Below are positions 7,546-14,845 of a stretch of 41,775 bases of DNA, in pieces (the first letter of the stretch is position 1; each line of letters starts with the position of its first letter). The position numbers were made by a program, and so were the translations under genes. Source of the DNA: Escherichia phage C130_2; sequence record MH363708; one strand, 5' to 3'. The notes beneath the pieces were generated by a model. It was not told where the DNA came from. It worked only from the letters and a program-made list of their open reading frames with translations, and ran no database searches.

Positions 7546-8078
7546 CGTGGGCCGCTGTAGTTGCAGCGATCCAACGGTGGTGGAAGCCAGCCGCGCTGCT
7601 GTTGCTGCTGGGTGGATCCTTCGCCGCCGGCACGGCCTGGAATGATCGGGGCTGGCAAGCAAAATGGGCTGATCGGGATGCAAAAGAATCCTCCCAGGAA
7701 ACGAACGCGCAGACCGCAGCCCGCATGATTGAACAAGGGCGAACCATTGCCCGTGAAGAGGCTGTGAAAGATGCACAACAACAAGCGGCAAAAGCTGCTG
7801 CCACTGCTGCTGGCCTGTCTGCCACTGTTAGCAAGTTGCAGCAACAAGCCGGAAAACTCGCAACCCGCCTGGACGCCGCAAAGCACACCGCAGATCTTGC
7901 CGCTGCCGTCGCAAGCAAGACAACCGGCGCAAACGCCGCAATGCTCGCCAACATGCTCGGAAGCCTTGCAGAAGAAGCTAAATATTATGCTGGAAGATCT
8001 GACGAAAGCTATCGGGCCGGAATGACGTGTGAAAGGATTTACGATCAGGTGCGGGAGTCAAACAACAAGGGGCCATGA
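7542..8078 (+). CDS. i-spanin (Rz-like)
   Basis: ATGA overlap with the endolysin stop; N-terminal TM helix then Ala/Gln-rich coiled-coil periplasmic domain; last gene of the lysis cassette. Confidence 0.65.
   Translation: MTWAAVVAAIQRWWKPAALLLLLGGSFAAGTAWNDRGWQAKWADRDAKESSQETNAQTAARMIEQGRTIAREEAVKDAQQQAAKAAATAAGLSATVSKLQQQAGKLATRLDAAKHTADLAAAVASKTTGANAAMLANMLGSLAEEAKYYAGRSDESYRAGMTCERIYDQVRESNNKGP
7771..8025 (+). CDS. o-spanin (Rz1-like lipoprotein) embedded in the +1 frame of the i-spanin gene
   Basis: Lies entirely within 7542-8078 in another frame; signal peptide with lipobox LLASC, proline-rich mature part with Cys residues; the classic lambda/P21 nested arrangement. Confidence 0.6.
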   Translation: MHNNKRQKLLPLLLACLPLLASCSNKPENSQPAWTPQSTPQILPLPSQARQPAQTPQCSPTCSEALQKKLNIMLEDLTKAIGPE

Positions 8079-8092
8079 TGGCCCCTTTTTTT
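8069..8092. terminator. Bidirectional intrinsic terminator between the lysis cassette and the convergent Ig-like gene
   Basis: GGGGCCATGATGGCCCC followed by T7 on the plus strand and a U-rich stretch on the minus strand. Confidence 0.6.
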
Positions 8093-8888
8093 ATGCTGCT
8101 GGGTTAACTGTGACCGTGCAAACGTTGCTGGTAACGGTTTTCGGCGCGTTGTTGTTCGCGCTGGTAACGGTGCAACGGAAGCGCTTGCCGCTGTCGGATT
8201 CCTGCGGGGTGGCAAATGTCAGCGTTGGGCCGGTAGCGCCAGTGATGCCGGACGCGCCCCCGTTCGTTACGTTCGTCCAGGTGGCGCCGTCCGTGGACTG
8301 CTGCCACTGGTACGTGTAAGGCAACAAGCCGTCAGCCGCCACAACCGCCAGGCTTGCTGAGGTGCCAGCCGTCCAGGTTGCAGTCGCTGCAAGGTTCGTG
8401 GTCAGGCGGATCGCAACTTTGGTGCGCTCGCGCAGTGATTCCACGGTTTGCCCTGCGGAGTCGGTAACACGGCAGAAGTAATCACCGTTGTTGCTCGCTG
8501 CATAAGACGGGATGTTATAGGTATTCTGATCCGATCCGATTGGGTTATCAGTCGAAGAAGCGCGGCGAAACCATGCGTAATGATACGGCGGGATCCCGCC
8601 TTCCATTTCCACGGTGAAAGTTTTGTTTGCGCCCAGCGCCAGATAAGTTGCCGTGGCGTCACTGCCGTTATTGCCTGGCAGGTTGGTTGCGAAGGTGAGC
8701 GGGGGCACCTGGTTTGGATCCAGTTCGATATAAAACATACCAGTTGGATCCAGCGTGAGTGCTGCCTCTTGCTCTGCGGTCAGGTAGATAACGGAAAGTT
8801 GCGGAGTCTGCCCGCCGTCCGGCCCCGCAATGCGGGTGACTTTCCAGCCCTTAAGGGCGCGATCAGGGTGTCGGTGCCAAAAGCCCAT
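8091..8888 (-). CDS. Ig-like (I-set type) tandem-domain protein, possible virion decoration or adhesin
   Basis: 265 aa; two repeats with the Ig signature (PYHYAWF...GDYFCRV and PYTYQWQQSTDG..W...DSGKRFRCTV); AGAGG RBS. Confidence 0.55.
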   Translation of the reverse strand: MGFWHRHPDRALKGWKVTRIAGPDGGQTPQLSVIYLTAEQEAALTLDPTGMFYIELDPNQVPPLTFATNLPGNNGSDATATYLALGANKTFTVEMEGGIPPYHYAWFRRASSTDNPIGSDQNTYNIPSYAASNNGDYFCRVTDSAGQTVESLRERTKVAIRLTTNLAATATWTAGTSASLAVVAADGLLPYTYQWQQSTDGATWTNVTNGGASGITGATGPTLTFATPQESDSGKRFRCTVTSANNNAPKTVTSNVCTVTVNPAA

Positions 8889-8939
8889 TTTTAAAGCCTC
8901 TTTGTTGATTGCAATCGGGGTGATGATAAACCAGCACCC

Positions 8940-8970
8940 CCGAAAACGAAAGGAGCCGCGTTTTGCGGCC
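8940..8970 (-). terminator. Intrinsic terminator after gene 8976-9287
   Basis: Minus strand GCCGC-AAAAC-GCGGC hairpin followed by CCTTTCGTTTTC. Confidence 0.45.
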
Positions 8971-8975
8971 CTTTC

Positions 8976-9287
8976 TCATAGTTTACCTGCCTCCCTTAAG
9001 GTCTGGCGTCTGTTATGCACCTGCGCGAACGTCAGCCCCATTTCTTCGGCAATCTGTCGGCTGGTCTTGTCAGCCTTCACACCGGCGATGATCTGCCGGT
9101 CTTCCTCGGTAGTCCACCAGTGGAAAGCGCGGGTGATCGATATCTCAACCCCCAGCGCGCGTGCGCGTCCGTAAACGGATTGGCGCGGGCGTCCAATGTG
9201 CGCCACGATATCTGGCCCAGGCAGGGTGCCCGCATTGTCCAGGATGAATTGATCTTCCTTCGGTGTAAACGGCTTACCGCGTGGCAT
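8976..9287 (-). CDS. Myb/SANT-like helix-turn-helix DNA-binding protein
   Basis: ATG at 9287 with AAGGGGG RBS; WTTEEDRQII and FTPKEDQFIL motifs typical of Myb-like repeats. Confidence 0.45.
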   Translation of the reverse strand: MPRGKPFTPKEDQFILDNAGTLPGPDIVAHIGRPRQSVYGRARALGVEISITRAFHWWTTEEDRQIIAGVKADKTSRQIAEEMGLTFAQVHNRRQTLREAGKL

Positions 9288-9456
9288 TCTGGCCCCCTTC
9301 TGGCTGATCGTCTGCGAAGCGTAGCGCCTTTTGGCGCAACCCATATTTTGCCAGCGCGCGGATCAGATCGGCCCAATCAAAGCGGCTGCGGAAAACCGCT
9401 TCGGGATTGTCGCCGTTAGCCAGGCGCTTTAGCTGCGTGTGCGTGATTCGTTTCAT
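9274..9456 (-). CDS. Hypothetical small protein (60 aa)
   Basis: Internal ATG at 9456 of track ORF 9274-9582 with GAAGG upstream; overlaps the next gene by 14 nt. Confidence 0.3.
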   Translation of the reverse strand: MKRITHTQLKRLANGDNPEAVFRSRFDWADLIRALAKYGLRQKALRFADDQPEGGQNATR

Positions 9457-9710
9457 AGCCCCTTCAACCTTTTTGGATTGCTTTTTGATTTGGCAATTTC
9501 GGTTTTTATGCCTTCTTTGCCCGCCCGTGTTGCAACTGCAATGCGTGTGGTTTTGCGCGGCTTTTCGTTGAGGTATACGCATTCACCATCGTTGATCACG
9601 GCGATATCGGTCACATCAAAGACCGCCGCGATCTTCGCTATATCGTCAGCCATTCCGGCTTGCTTCACCGCTTGCCATACCTCTTGCCGGTTGCCCTGTC
9701 TGAATCGCAT
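9453..9710 (-). CDS. Hypothetical small protein (85 aa)
   Basis: ATG at 9710 preceded by GGAGG 9 nt upstream, but it overlaps 9646-10083 by 65 nt; an alternative start at 9653 gives an 8-nt overlap. Confidence 0.35.
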   Translation of the reverse strand: MRFRQGNRQEVWQAVKQAGMADDIAKIAAVFDVTDIAVINDGECVYLNEKPRKTTRIAVATRAGKEGIKTEIAKSKSNPKRLKGL

Positions 9711-10083
9711 TTAAAAACGCCTCCGCGTGTCGCACTACCTGCGCGCACATATCCGCATCGAATAAGGCAATGTGACAATCAACCTTCTCGATCCCCAACT
9801 GCTTTGCCAGCCAGGCATAAGCAACCGCCCTTTTTTTATACCCGTTGCGCCAGATCGGATCAAAGGCGGCGTGCGCACGGTTGCGGGCCTTTTTGGTCTT
9901 CGCGTCAGCGGTATTGCCCAGCGGGCGATCTGATCGCGGGTGGCAACCAACCGATGCCCCGCACGCGCAGCGATAAGCGAGAATGTGCTCAAGGTCGGGG
10001 CGGTGCGGGTACATCACTTTCCCCGTGGTCAAATAGGCGGTTTTCACACCGCCGCAGATAGCGCAATCAATAGCCTTAGTCAT
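9646..10083 (-). CDS. Zinc-ribbon protein (CxxC...CxC), nin-region-like
   Basis: ATG at 10083 (TAATG overlap with the upstream gene); N-terminal CAICGG...CACGASVGCH cysteine cluster. Confidence 0.5.
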   Translation of the reverse strand: MTKAIDCAICGGVKTAYLTTGKVMYPHRPDLEHILAYRCACGASVGCHPRSDRPLGNTADAKTKKARNRAHAAFDPIWRNGYKKRAVAYAWLAKQLGIEKVDCHIALFDADMCAQVVRHAEAFLNAIQTGQPARGMASGEASRNG

Positions 10084-10319
10084 TAGCAATCCTTGTGATC
10101 ATCCCACGGCCCGAAGCCGCCAACGTAAACAAATTCACGGCCCATGCCGCCGCCGTCCTGCCGGTCATGATAGGCCGCATTCTGGCCCGTTCTCTTCTCC
10201 TGCTTCATTGCCTTGCAGGACTTGGAGCAAAAGCGGCCCCAACCGCGCCGCAGGTCAACGGCGCGCACTTCATGCGGTTTTTTGCACCACTCGCAAGGTT
10301 TAGTGACCATCTTTGCCAT
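10083..10319 (-). CDS. Small C4 zinc-finger protein
   Basis: 78 aa; CEWCKKP...CSKSCK motif. Confidence 0.5.
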   Translation of the reverse strand: MAKMVTKPCEWCKKPHEVRAVDLRRGWGRFCSKSCKAMKQEKRTGQNAAYHDRQDGGGMGREFVYVGGFGPWDDHKDC

Positions 10320-10321
10320 GA

Positions 10322-10636
10322 TTACTGATCCCCCCAGCCGTAAGCGGCTTTTAAATTTTCGTTAGCCTTCTGCATTTGTGCGTGGGCTTCGCGCAGCGTA
10401 TCGCGTTTCACTTCCACTGACGCGGCGTAAAGGCGGGTACGGTTGCGAAGGCTGCAAGCGTTGTCGAAGTTGACGCGCGCCAGCGCCAGCGCCAGTGGAT
10501 TAACCACGCGGAGCGGTTCGGATCCTTCGCGGCTTCCGGTGAATACCAACGCTTTTGCGCGGTAGATCTCGCAGCCCGCAAAGGCTGCTTTCTTGCCCCA
10601 ATGTTTAGCGCGTAATTCCTGGATAGTTGCTTTCAT
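10322..10636 (-). CDS. Hypothetical protein (104 aa)
   Basis: ATG at 10636 with GGGAGG RBS; first gene downstream of promoter-like site C. Confidence 0.5.
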   Translation of the reverse strand: MKATIQELRAKHWGKKAAFAGCEIYRAKALVFTGSREGSEPLRVVNPLALALARVNFDNACSLRNRTRLYAASVEVKRDTLREAHAQMQKANENLKAAYGWGDQ

Positions 10637-10660
10637 CTGTCTGCCTCCCGTGTGGTTGAT

Positions 10661-10710
10661 GGGTTAACTATATATGGTCATTATGCCGGATGTTTAGCAA
10701 AAAGTGCTAT
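10661..10710 (-). promoter_or_regulatory. Promoter-like bipartite element (site C)
   Basis: Minus strand ATAGCACTTTTTGCTAAACA, 18 bp, CATATATAGTTAACCC; the 16-mer CATATATAGTTAACCC is identical to that at site A. Confidence 0.5.
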
Positions 10711-10713
10711 CAA

Positions 10714-10734
10714 CAAAAAACCGCCCGAAGGCGG
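10714..10734 (-). terminator. Intrinsic terminator (UUCG tetraloop hairpin plus U-run)
   Basis: Minus strand CCGCC-TTCG-GGCGG followed by TTTTTTGTTG, directly after the stop of gene 10735-11529. Confidence 0.6.
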
Positions 10735-11529
10735 TTAATATGGCACGTTGGCATTTGAGAGGAAAACGGCTTCGGCAAAGCCTCGCGGCGTCACACTCCT
10801 GATCGCCTTTGTCCTGGCATTCCGGCCCCCTGCGGCGTACCAGCCAGGATTGCAGCGCTTCCCGTTGATCAGCTGTATGGGCACCGGATTTTTTGGAGGC
10901 ATCACGAATGCTTCATTGCACCAAATGCCGGTTTTCTTCGGGTACGCATCGCGCGGCGGGTAGATCGTCGGGTAGATCGGGTGAGCGTCCACCTCTGGCA
11001 GATAGCCGCCATACTCGAACGGGTCGAAGGTGTGATCCGGCCTTCTCCACTGCGTGTTAAGCGTGTTAACTGCCGGATTCTCAAGCATCCACGGGATCTG
11101 CTTGCCGTCGCCGTTCTGCATGTCGCAGTAACCAGCAACCCACATCACCAGCTTTGCCAGCCTGATCGCGTCCTGCTGATCCTGTCGGCGGTTCGGGTAG
11201 TTTGGATGCGGGCGGCGCTCGCTGGTTGGCAAGTGCTTATCATCTGGATGATAGAACCACTTCGCGCCGGTGGTGGTTAGGTACGTGCATTCAGCGAAGC
11301 TGGCGACGAACTCAACGCCAGGGCCAACCATGCTGGCGATCTCCTGCGCTTGATTCACGATATCATGAGCCTTGAACCACATCCCCACGCGAACGATCAG
11401 AGGATTGACCGGATCGCGGTGAATGCCGTCAGGGTGTTTGCCGTCGAATAACCAACATTCATAACCTGCCCCCAACCAGGGGGCGGGCATAATGTCCGAT
11501 TCGTTAAAAAGGAAAATGGCTTTGCGCAT
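10735..11529 (-). CDS. Hypothetical enzyme-like protein (264 aa), function unknown
   Basis: Long ORF coupled to the upstream gene; His/Asp/Cys-rich; contains ENP and a C-terminal PRGFAEAV segment only faintly like C5-methyltransferase motifs. No confident assignment. Confidence 0.5.
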   Translation of the reverse strand: MRKAIFLFNESDIMPAPWLGAGYECWLFDGKHPDGIHRDPVNPLIVRVGMWFKAHDIVNQAQEIASMVGPGVEFVASFAECTYLTTTGAKWFYHPDDKHLPTSERRPHPNYPNRRQDQQDAIRLAKLVMWVAGYCDMQNGDGKQIPWMLENPAVNTLNTQWRRPDHTFDPFEYGGYLPEVDAHPIYPTIYPPRDAYPKKTGIWCNEAFVMPPKNPVPIQLINGKRCNPGWYAAGGRNARTKAIRSVTPRGFAEAVFLSNANVPY

Positions 11530-11533
11530 ATTT

Positions 11534-11746
11534 TTACGCCTGATTTTGCGCGCGGTCTAATTCGCGCTCGGTTGCGGTGATCACCACATAATCATGCTTT
11601 TCCATGCTGGCGAAACGAGCCAAAGCACCATCGCTTAAAAGCTGGAAAATAAAGTGATCGGAAACGCGGCTTGTTGATTCAGCCAGATCGCGCAACTGCT
11701 CAAGCTGGGTGACGGTTAATTGTGATGCGTGGATTGCAAATATCAT
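11534..11746 (-). CDS. Hypothetical small protein (70 aa)
   Basis: ATG at 11746 with AAGGA RBS; overlapping stop-start with the upstream gene. Confidence 0.4.
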   Translation of the reverse strand: MIFAIHASQLTVTQLEQLRDLAESTSRVSDHFIFQLLSDGALARFASMEKHDYVVITATERELDRAQNQA

Positions 11747-11958
11747 TGTGCGTGATCCTTTACTGATTGGCGATATTCCGCAAGGTCTTTGCGGGCCATT
11801 TCGGGCCATGATGAAACCGGTGCAACGCGGTATTCATCGAAATAAGAAGCATCAAGACTTTTTGCAAATTCTTCTGCCTCTGCAACGGTGCTGCATTCGC
11901 CGGAACCGATCAGGAATCCGACGATAAAATAAACCCACTGACGTTGTTTATGATCCAC
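11743..11958 (-). CDS. Hypothetical small membrane-associated protein (71 aa), GTG start
   Basis: GTG at 11958 preceded by AAGGGG; hydrophobic N-terminus WVYFIVGFLIGSG. Confidence 0.4.
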   Translation of the reverse strand: MDHKQRQWVYFIVGFLIGSGECSTVAEAEEFAKSLDASYFDEYRVAPVSSWPEMARKDLAEYRQSVKDHAQ

Positions 11959-11968
11959 TTATAACCCC

Positions 11969-12553
11969 TTAAAGGCGCGCTGGCATTACGGCATATTCAG
12001 CAACGCCGTTGTGCGATTTGATTTCGACAAATGCGGCGGTTGTCGCATCCTGTAAAGTAATTTTTACGATACTTGATTTCATCTGCAATGCCTTGCAAAT
12101 GCGCGTGATTACTGCGAAGTATTCGACGTTGAAGCCGATAACCTTTACACCTTCGCGCTTGCTGTCAACTTCCGTAAACACTCGGCGCAAATCAGGATAA
12201 CGCCCATCAACAAGATCCACGGTGCCCACTGCCACGCGCGCTGCCTTCAAATCAACGTCTTTGAGATCTTCCGGCTTATCGTATGCCAGCGGGAGCCAGT
12301 ACACGATCCCCGCGTCAACGTCGATTGCCGCAGTCTCAATGCCGCGCATGTTCGGCACCTTCGACACTTTCAACAATAAGCCGGTTTCCGGCGCGTTGAT
12401 CAGGTCATGCGTCAGACGAAAGGCGCGGTGCCCGTCCGTTGCCTGGATCTGGTTGCCGATGAAATGCAGGGCGTTAAGGTAATAACGCACATCGTTTTGC
12501 GCCTGGCATAAATGAGCCGCTTTAATGTGCTGCGCTTTTGCAAAAATAATCAT
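11969..12553 (-). CDS. DnaN-like protein: truncated beta sliding clamp homolog (domains II-III only)
   Basis: 194 aa. Blocks NDVRYYLNALHF..ATDGHRAFRL, DLVDGRYPDLRRVF, IGFNVEYF and C-terminal AEYAVMPARL match, as recalled, the E. coli beta-clamp segments QDVRYYLNGMLF..ATDGHRLAV, KLVDGRFPDYRRVLP, IGFNVSYV and AAYVVMPMRL. Has its own AGAGG RBS and ATG, with no domain I upstream. Confidence 0.7.
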   Translation of the reverse strand: MIIFAKAQHIKAAHLCQAQNDVRYYLNALHFIGNQIQATDGHRAFRLTHDLINAPETGLLLKVSKVPNMRGIETAAIDVDAGIVYWLPLAYDKPEDLKDVDLKAARVAVGTVDLVDGRYPDLRRVFTEVDSKREGVKVIGFNVEYFAVITRICKALQMKSSIVKITLQDATTAAFVEIKSHNGVAEYAVMPARL

Positions 12554-12600
12554 AGTCTTTGCCTCTTCTGGTAAAGCCCCATTGCTGGGGCTGTATCGCG

Positions 12601-13329
12601 TTATAAGACGCTTGCGGAAGCGTCCAGCATATCTTGCTTAGTAAGATAATCCGTCTTCACTGGCCCGCGTTTGCGTGGCTTAATCAGGAATAGTGAACTT
12701 GCCTTACTGTTTTTCCGGCCTTCCACTTCGGTTGCCGCATTCACGAATGCTACGCGCCCGTTATGGAATTTTTCTTCGCCTTTGGCGTCGGTGCCGTAAT
12801 AGCCCATGATGTTTACAATCTCGCTGCACGCCTGGATCATGTCATAGAACCATTGCGGCGAGTGGTCATGATTCAGAAGCATAACCGTTGTCACGCCATG
12901 CTGTTTTGCATTTCGTGCTGCTGCTGCAACCCAGGGGATCGGGTCTGCATACGGTGGATTACACCAGACGGTTTCCCCCTCCTTGCCCCATGCCACCTGC
13001 GGATCCAGCGCGTTTTGCTGCTCGTCGATAAACTCAACGCAAAGGGCGTTTCCGGCCTCTGCCGCAACGTCACGCGCGAACGGCCCCCAGCGGTGATCGG
13101 CATAGTTAAACAACCATTTTGGGGTGCGCCATTTCTGCCGGATAGCGTCAGGGGTTTTGCTCTTCGCAAAGCGTCGGCCCGTAATGACCTGATCCACTTC
13201 CTCCGGGGTTGCCGCCAGCGCGCCAGCGCCAGCCGCTTTCAATGCCTCTTCCAGCACCGCTTGCGGGATCGCAAAGTCTGCTGCCACCTGCGCAAGATCA
13301 ACGGTCTTGCTGTCGTTTTCGTCTTTCAT
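12601..13329 (-). CDS. DNA N6-adenine methyltransferase (phage Dam-like)
   Basis: Catalytic motif WCNPPY; ATG at 13329 overlapping the dUTPase stop (TGATG). Confidence 0.8.
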   Translation of the reverse strand: MKDENDSKTVDLAQVAADFAIPQAVLEEALKAAGAGALAATPEEVDQVITGRRFAKSKTPDAIRQKWRTPKWLFNYADHRWGPFARDVAAEAGNALCVEFIDEQQNALDPQVAWGKEGETVWCNPPYADPIPWVAAAARNAKQHGVTTVMLLNHDHSPQWFYDMIQACSEIVNIMGYYGTDAKGEEKFHNGRVAFVNAATEVEGRKNSKASSLFLIKPRKRGPVKTDYLTKQDMLDASASVL

Positions 13330-13781
13330 CACTTCGCCTTTTTATCAGTTGAGCCAAAGCCGTTGGCACCGCGTGCCGTGTCTTTGATCGTTTCCACTTC
13401 CGCGATCTGCCACTGCGGCGCGTCAACGATCATGCCCTGGGCAATAGCCGTGGTTGGGTCAATGGCTGGATATTCGCCGGTAGGGCGATCAGAAACGATT
13501 TTTACTTTCACCTCTCCGGTATAGTCGCTATCGATCACCCCCACGCAATTTGACAAGCGCGCATCCTGCTTGAATCCGTGCCCGCTGCGGCTGTAAATCA
13601 TCAGGGCTTTGCCCTTCGGAATGTCGAATACCAGCCCCGTTGAGAAGATCAGGGCGTTGATTTTTTCGTCGTAACTGCTTTCGATCCCGTAAATGTCGAA
13701 ACATGCTGATCCCTCGGTTGCATATTCTGGCAGACGCGCCAGGGGGTTTAACTTCTTAACGCCTAACACATTTGATCCCAT
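13329..13781 (-). CDS. dut: dUTP diphosphatase (dUTPase)
   Basis: Motifs SRSG, GVIDSDYTGE and C-terminal RGANGFGST characteristic of trimeric dUTPases; GAGG RBS. Confidence 0.85.
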   Translation of the reverse strand: MGSNVLGVKKLNPLARLPEYATEGSACFDIYGIESSYDEKINALIFSTGLVFDIPKGKALMIYSRSGHGFKQDARLSNCVGVIDSDYTGEVKVKIVSDRPTGEYPAIDPTTAIAQGMIVDAPQWQIAEVETIKDTARGANGFGSTDKKAK

Positions 13782-13811
13782 TGTTGGTGCCTCGTTGGTG
13801 AGTGGTGAAAC

Positions 13812-13857
13812 ATACTATATATAAAGACTTTGCAAACGCTTTAGCAATTCGTGCTAT
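13812..13857 (-). promoter_or_regulatory. Promoter-like bipartite element (site D)
   Basis: Minus strand ATAGCACGAATTGCTAAAGC, 18 bp, TATATATAGTATG, upstream of dUTPase. Confidence 0.5.
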
Positions 13858-13939
13858 TCTCTAACTGTCTTTGTTTCCTTCTGCTTTTTTTAGCCAGCCA
13901 GCTAACGCCGCGCCTTCTCCCTTTGGTTGCGGCTTTTTT

Positions 13940-14782
13940 TCAGCTTAACCACGCATTCATTGCCCCTGTGATATCCAGACCGGCGCGCACCCTGCCGCAA
14001 TCCTGGTATAAATAGATCTCGTCCTGATCCAGCGCCACCAATCGCACTTCACGATCACCCCTGTAGCGTGCTGAAACCTCGCGGCAGTTCAGCGGGGTAA
14101 AGCCGATCCATATCTCGCAACCCTTCGCGGGGCCGTCATGCTCTGCCATTGCCACGGCACAAAGGGGATCGCTGATCAGGTAGATTGGCCCGTCTTGCAG
14201 CCCCTTTGCTGGGTGGATCACTGCCACTGCGCCCCAGGTGCGAAGACCTGCCGCAAAGTGTACTGATCGATCAGGGTCTACCCGCGCCAGATTGCAGAAT
14301 TGAAGCGACGCGCCCGACTCGGCAACCTTCCTGCATGGCAGATAGGCTGATCCCTTTCTCCCCCCAGCACGCGCCATGCTCACAACTTTATCGTGCGGGA
14401 TCTCCGCGCTGTTCCTGGTGGTCTTGCTCTTCGATATGGCTTTAGCCTCTCTGGCGACGCTCTCGCGCCGTTCTGGCGTCATGCCCCCCAGCCAATCACC
14501 CAAATCATTGATCGCCTCGTTAAACGGCTGCATACGCGCTTTCATGAACCAATAAAGCCCATCATGCGAGCCGCCGCAGTCGCCGGAACAATACGCGAAA
14601 CCTTCCTCGCGCTTTTGCGGTTTTTTGTGGCCCCAGCGGAAGCGATCAACGCCGCCGCAGATGGGGCAAGATTGGTGGTTGCCGTCAAAGTTTTTGTGCT
14701 GCCAGCCGCACAACTCGATCAACGCCTTTTCCCACTTATCCCGCATTCCTCGCAAAACTGTTTGCTTGTCATGGATTGCCAT
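13940..14782 (-). CDS. Putative DNA primase (zinc-ribbon plus TOPRIM-like)
   Basis: 280 aa; CPICGG...YCSGDCG zinc-binding motif and an acidic LVALDQDE segment; divergent from the helicase gene. Confidence 0.45.
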   Translation of the reverse strand: MAIHDKQTVLRGMRDKWEKALIELCGWQHKNFDGNHQSCPICGGVDRFRWGHKKPQKREEGFAYCSGDCGGSHDGLYWFMKARMQPFNEAINDLGDWLGGMTPERRESVAREAKAISKSKTTRNSAEIPHDKVVSMARAGGRKGSAYLPCRKVAESGASLQFCNLARVDPDRSVHFAAGLRTWGAVAVIHPAKGLQDGPIYLISDPLCAVAMAEHDGPAKGCEIWIGFTPLNCREVSARYRGDREVRLVALDQDEIYLYQDCGRVRAGLDITGAMNAWLS

Positions 14783-14804
14783 TTTTGCCGGTGTCCGTTA
14801 TATT
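14776..14804 (+). promoter_or_regulatory. Sigma70-like promoter for the helicase / recombination operon
   Basis: TTGCCA, 17 bp, TATATT, about 40 nt upstream of ATG 14846 (RBS GGAG). Confidence 0.4.
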
Positions 14805-14845
14805 CATGAATCAGTCAGGTAGAAGAATAACGGAGCAAAAGACAA

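Noticed and set aside
10735-11529. Calling the 264-aa protein a DNA cytosine-5 methyltransferase
   Set aside because: Only a weak ENP (versus ENV) and a C-terminal motif resemble C5-methyltransferases; the PCQ catalytic motif and the FxGxG SAM-binding motif are not evident, so the call would be unsupported.
13904-13940. Plus-strand-oriented terminator-like structure (GCCGC...GCGGC followed by T7) between the primase and dUTPase genes
   Set aside because: The stem is only 5 bp with a 17-nt loop and there is no plus-strand gene upstream; it may be a weak terminator for antisense transcription or a coincidental T-run, so it was not listed as a feature.
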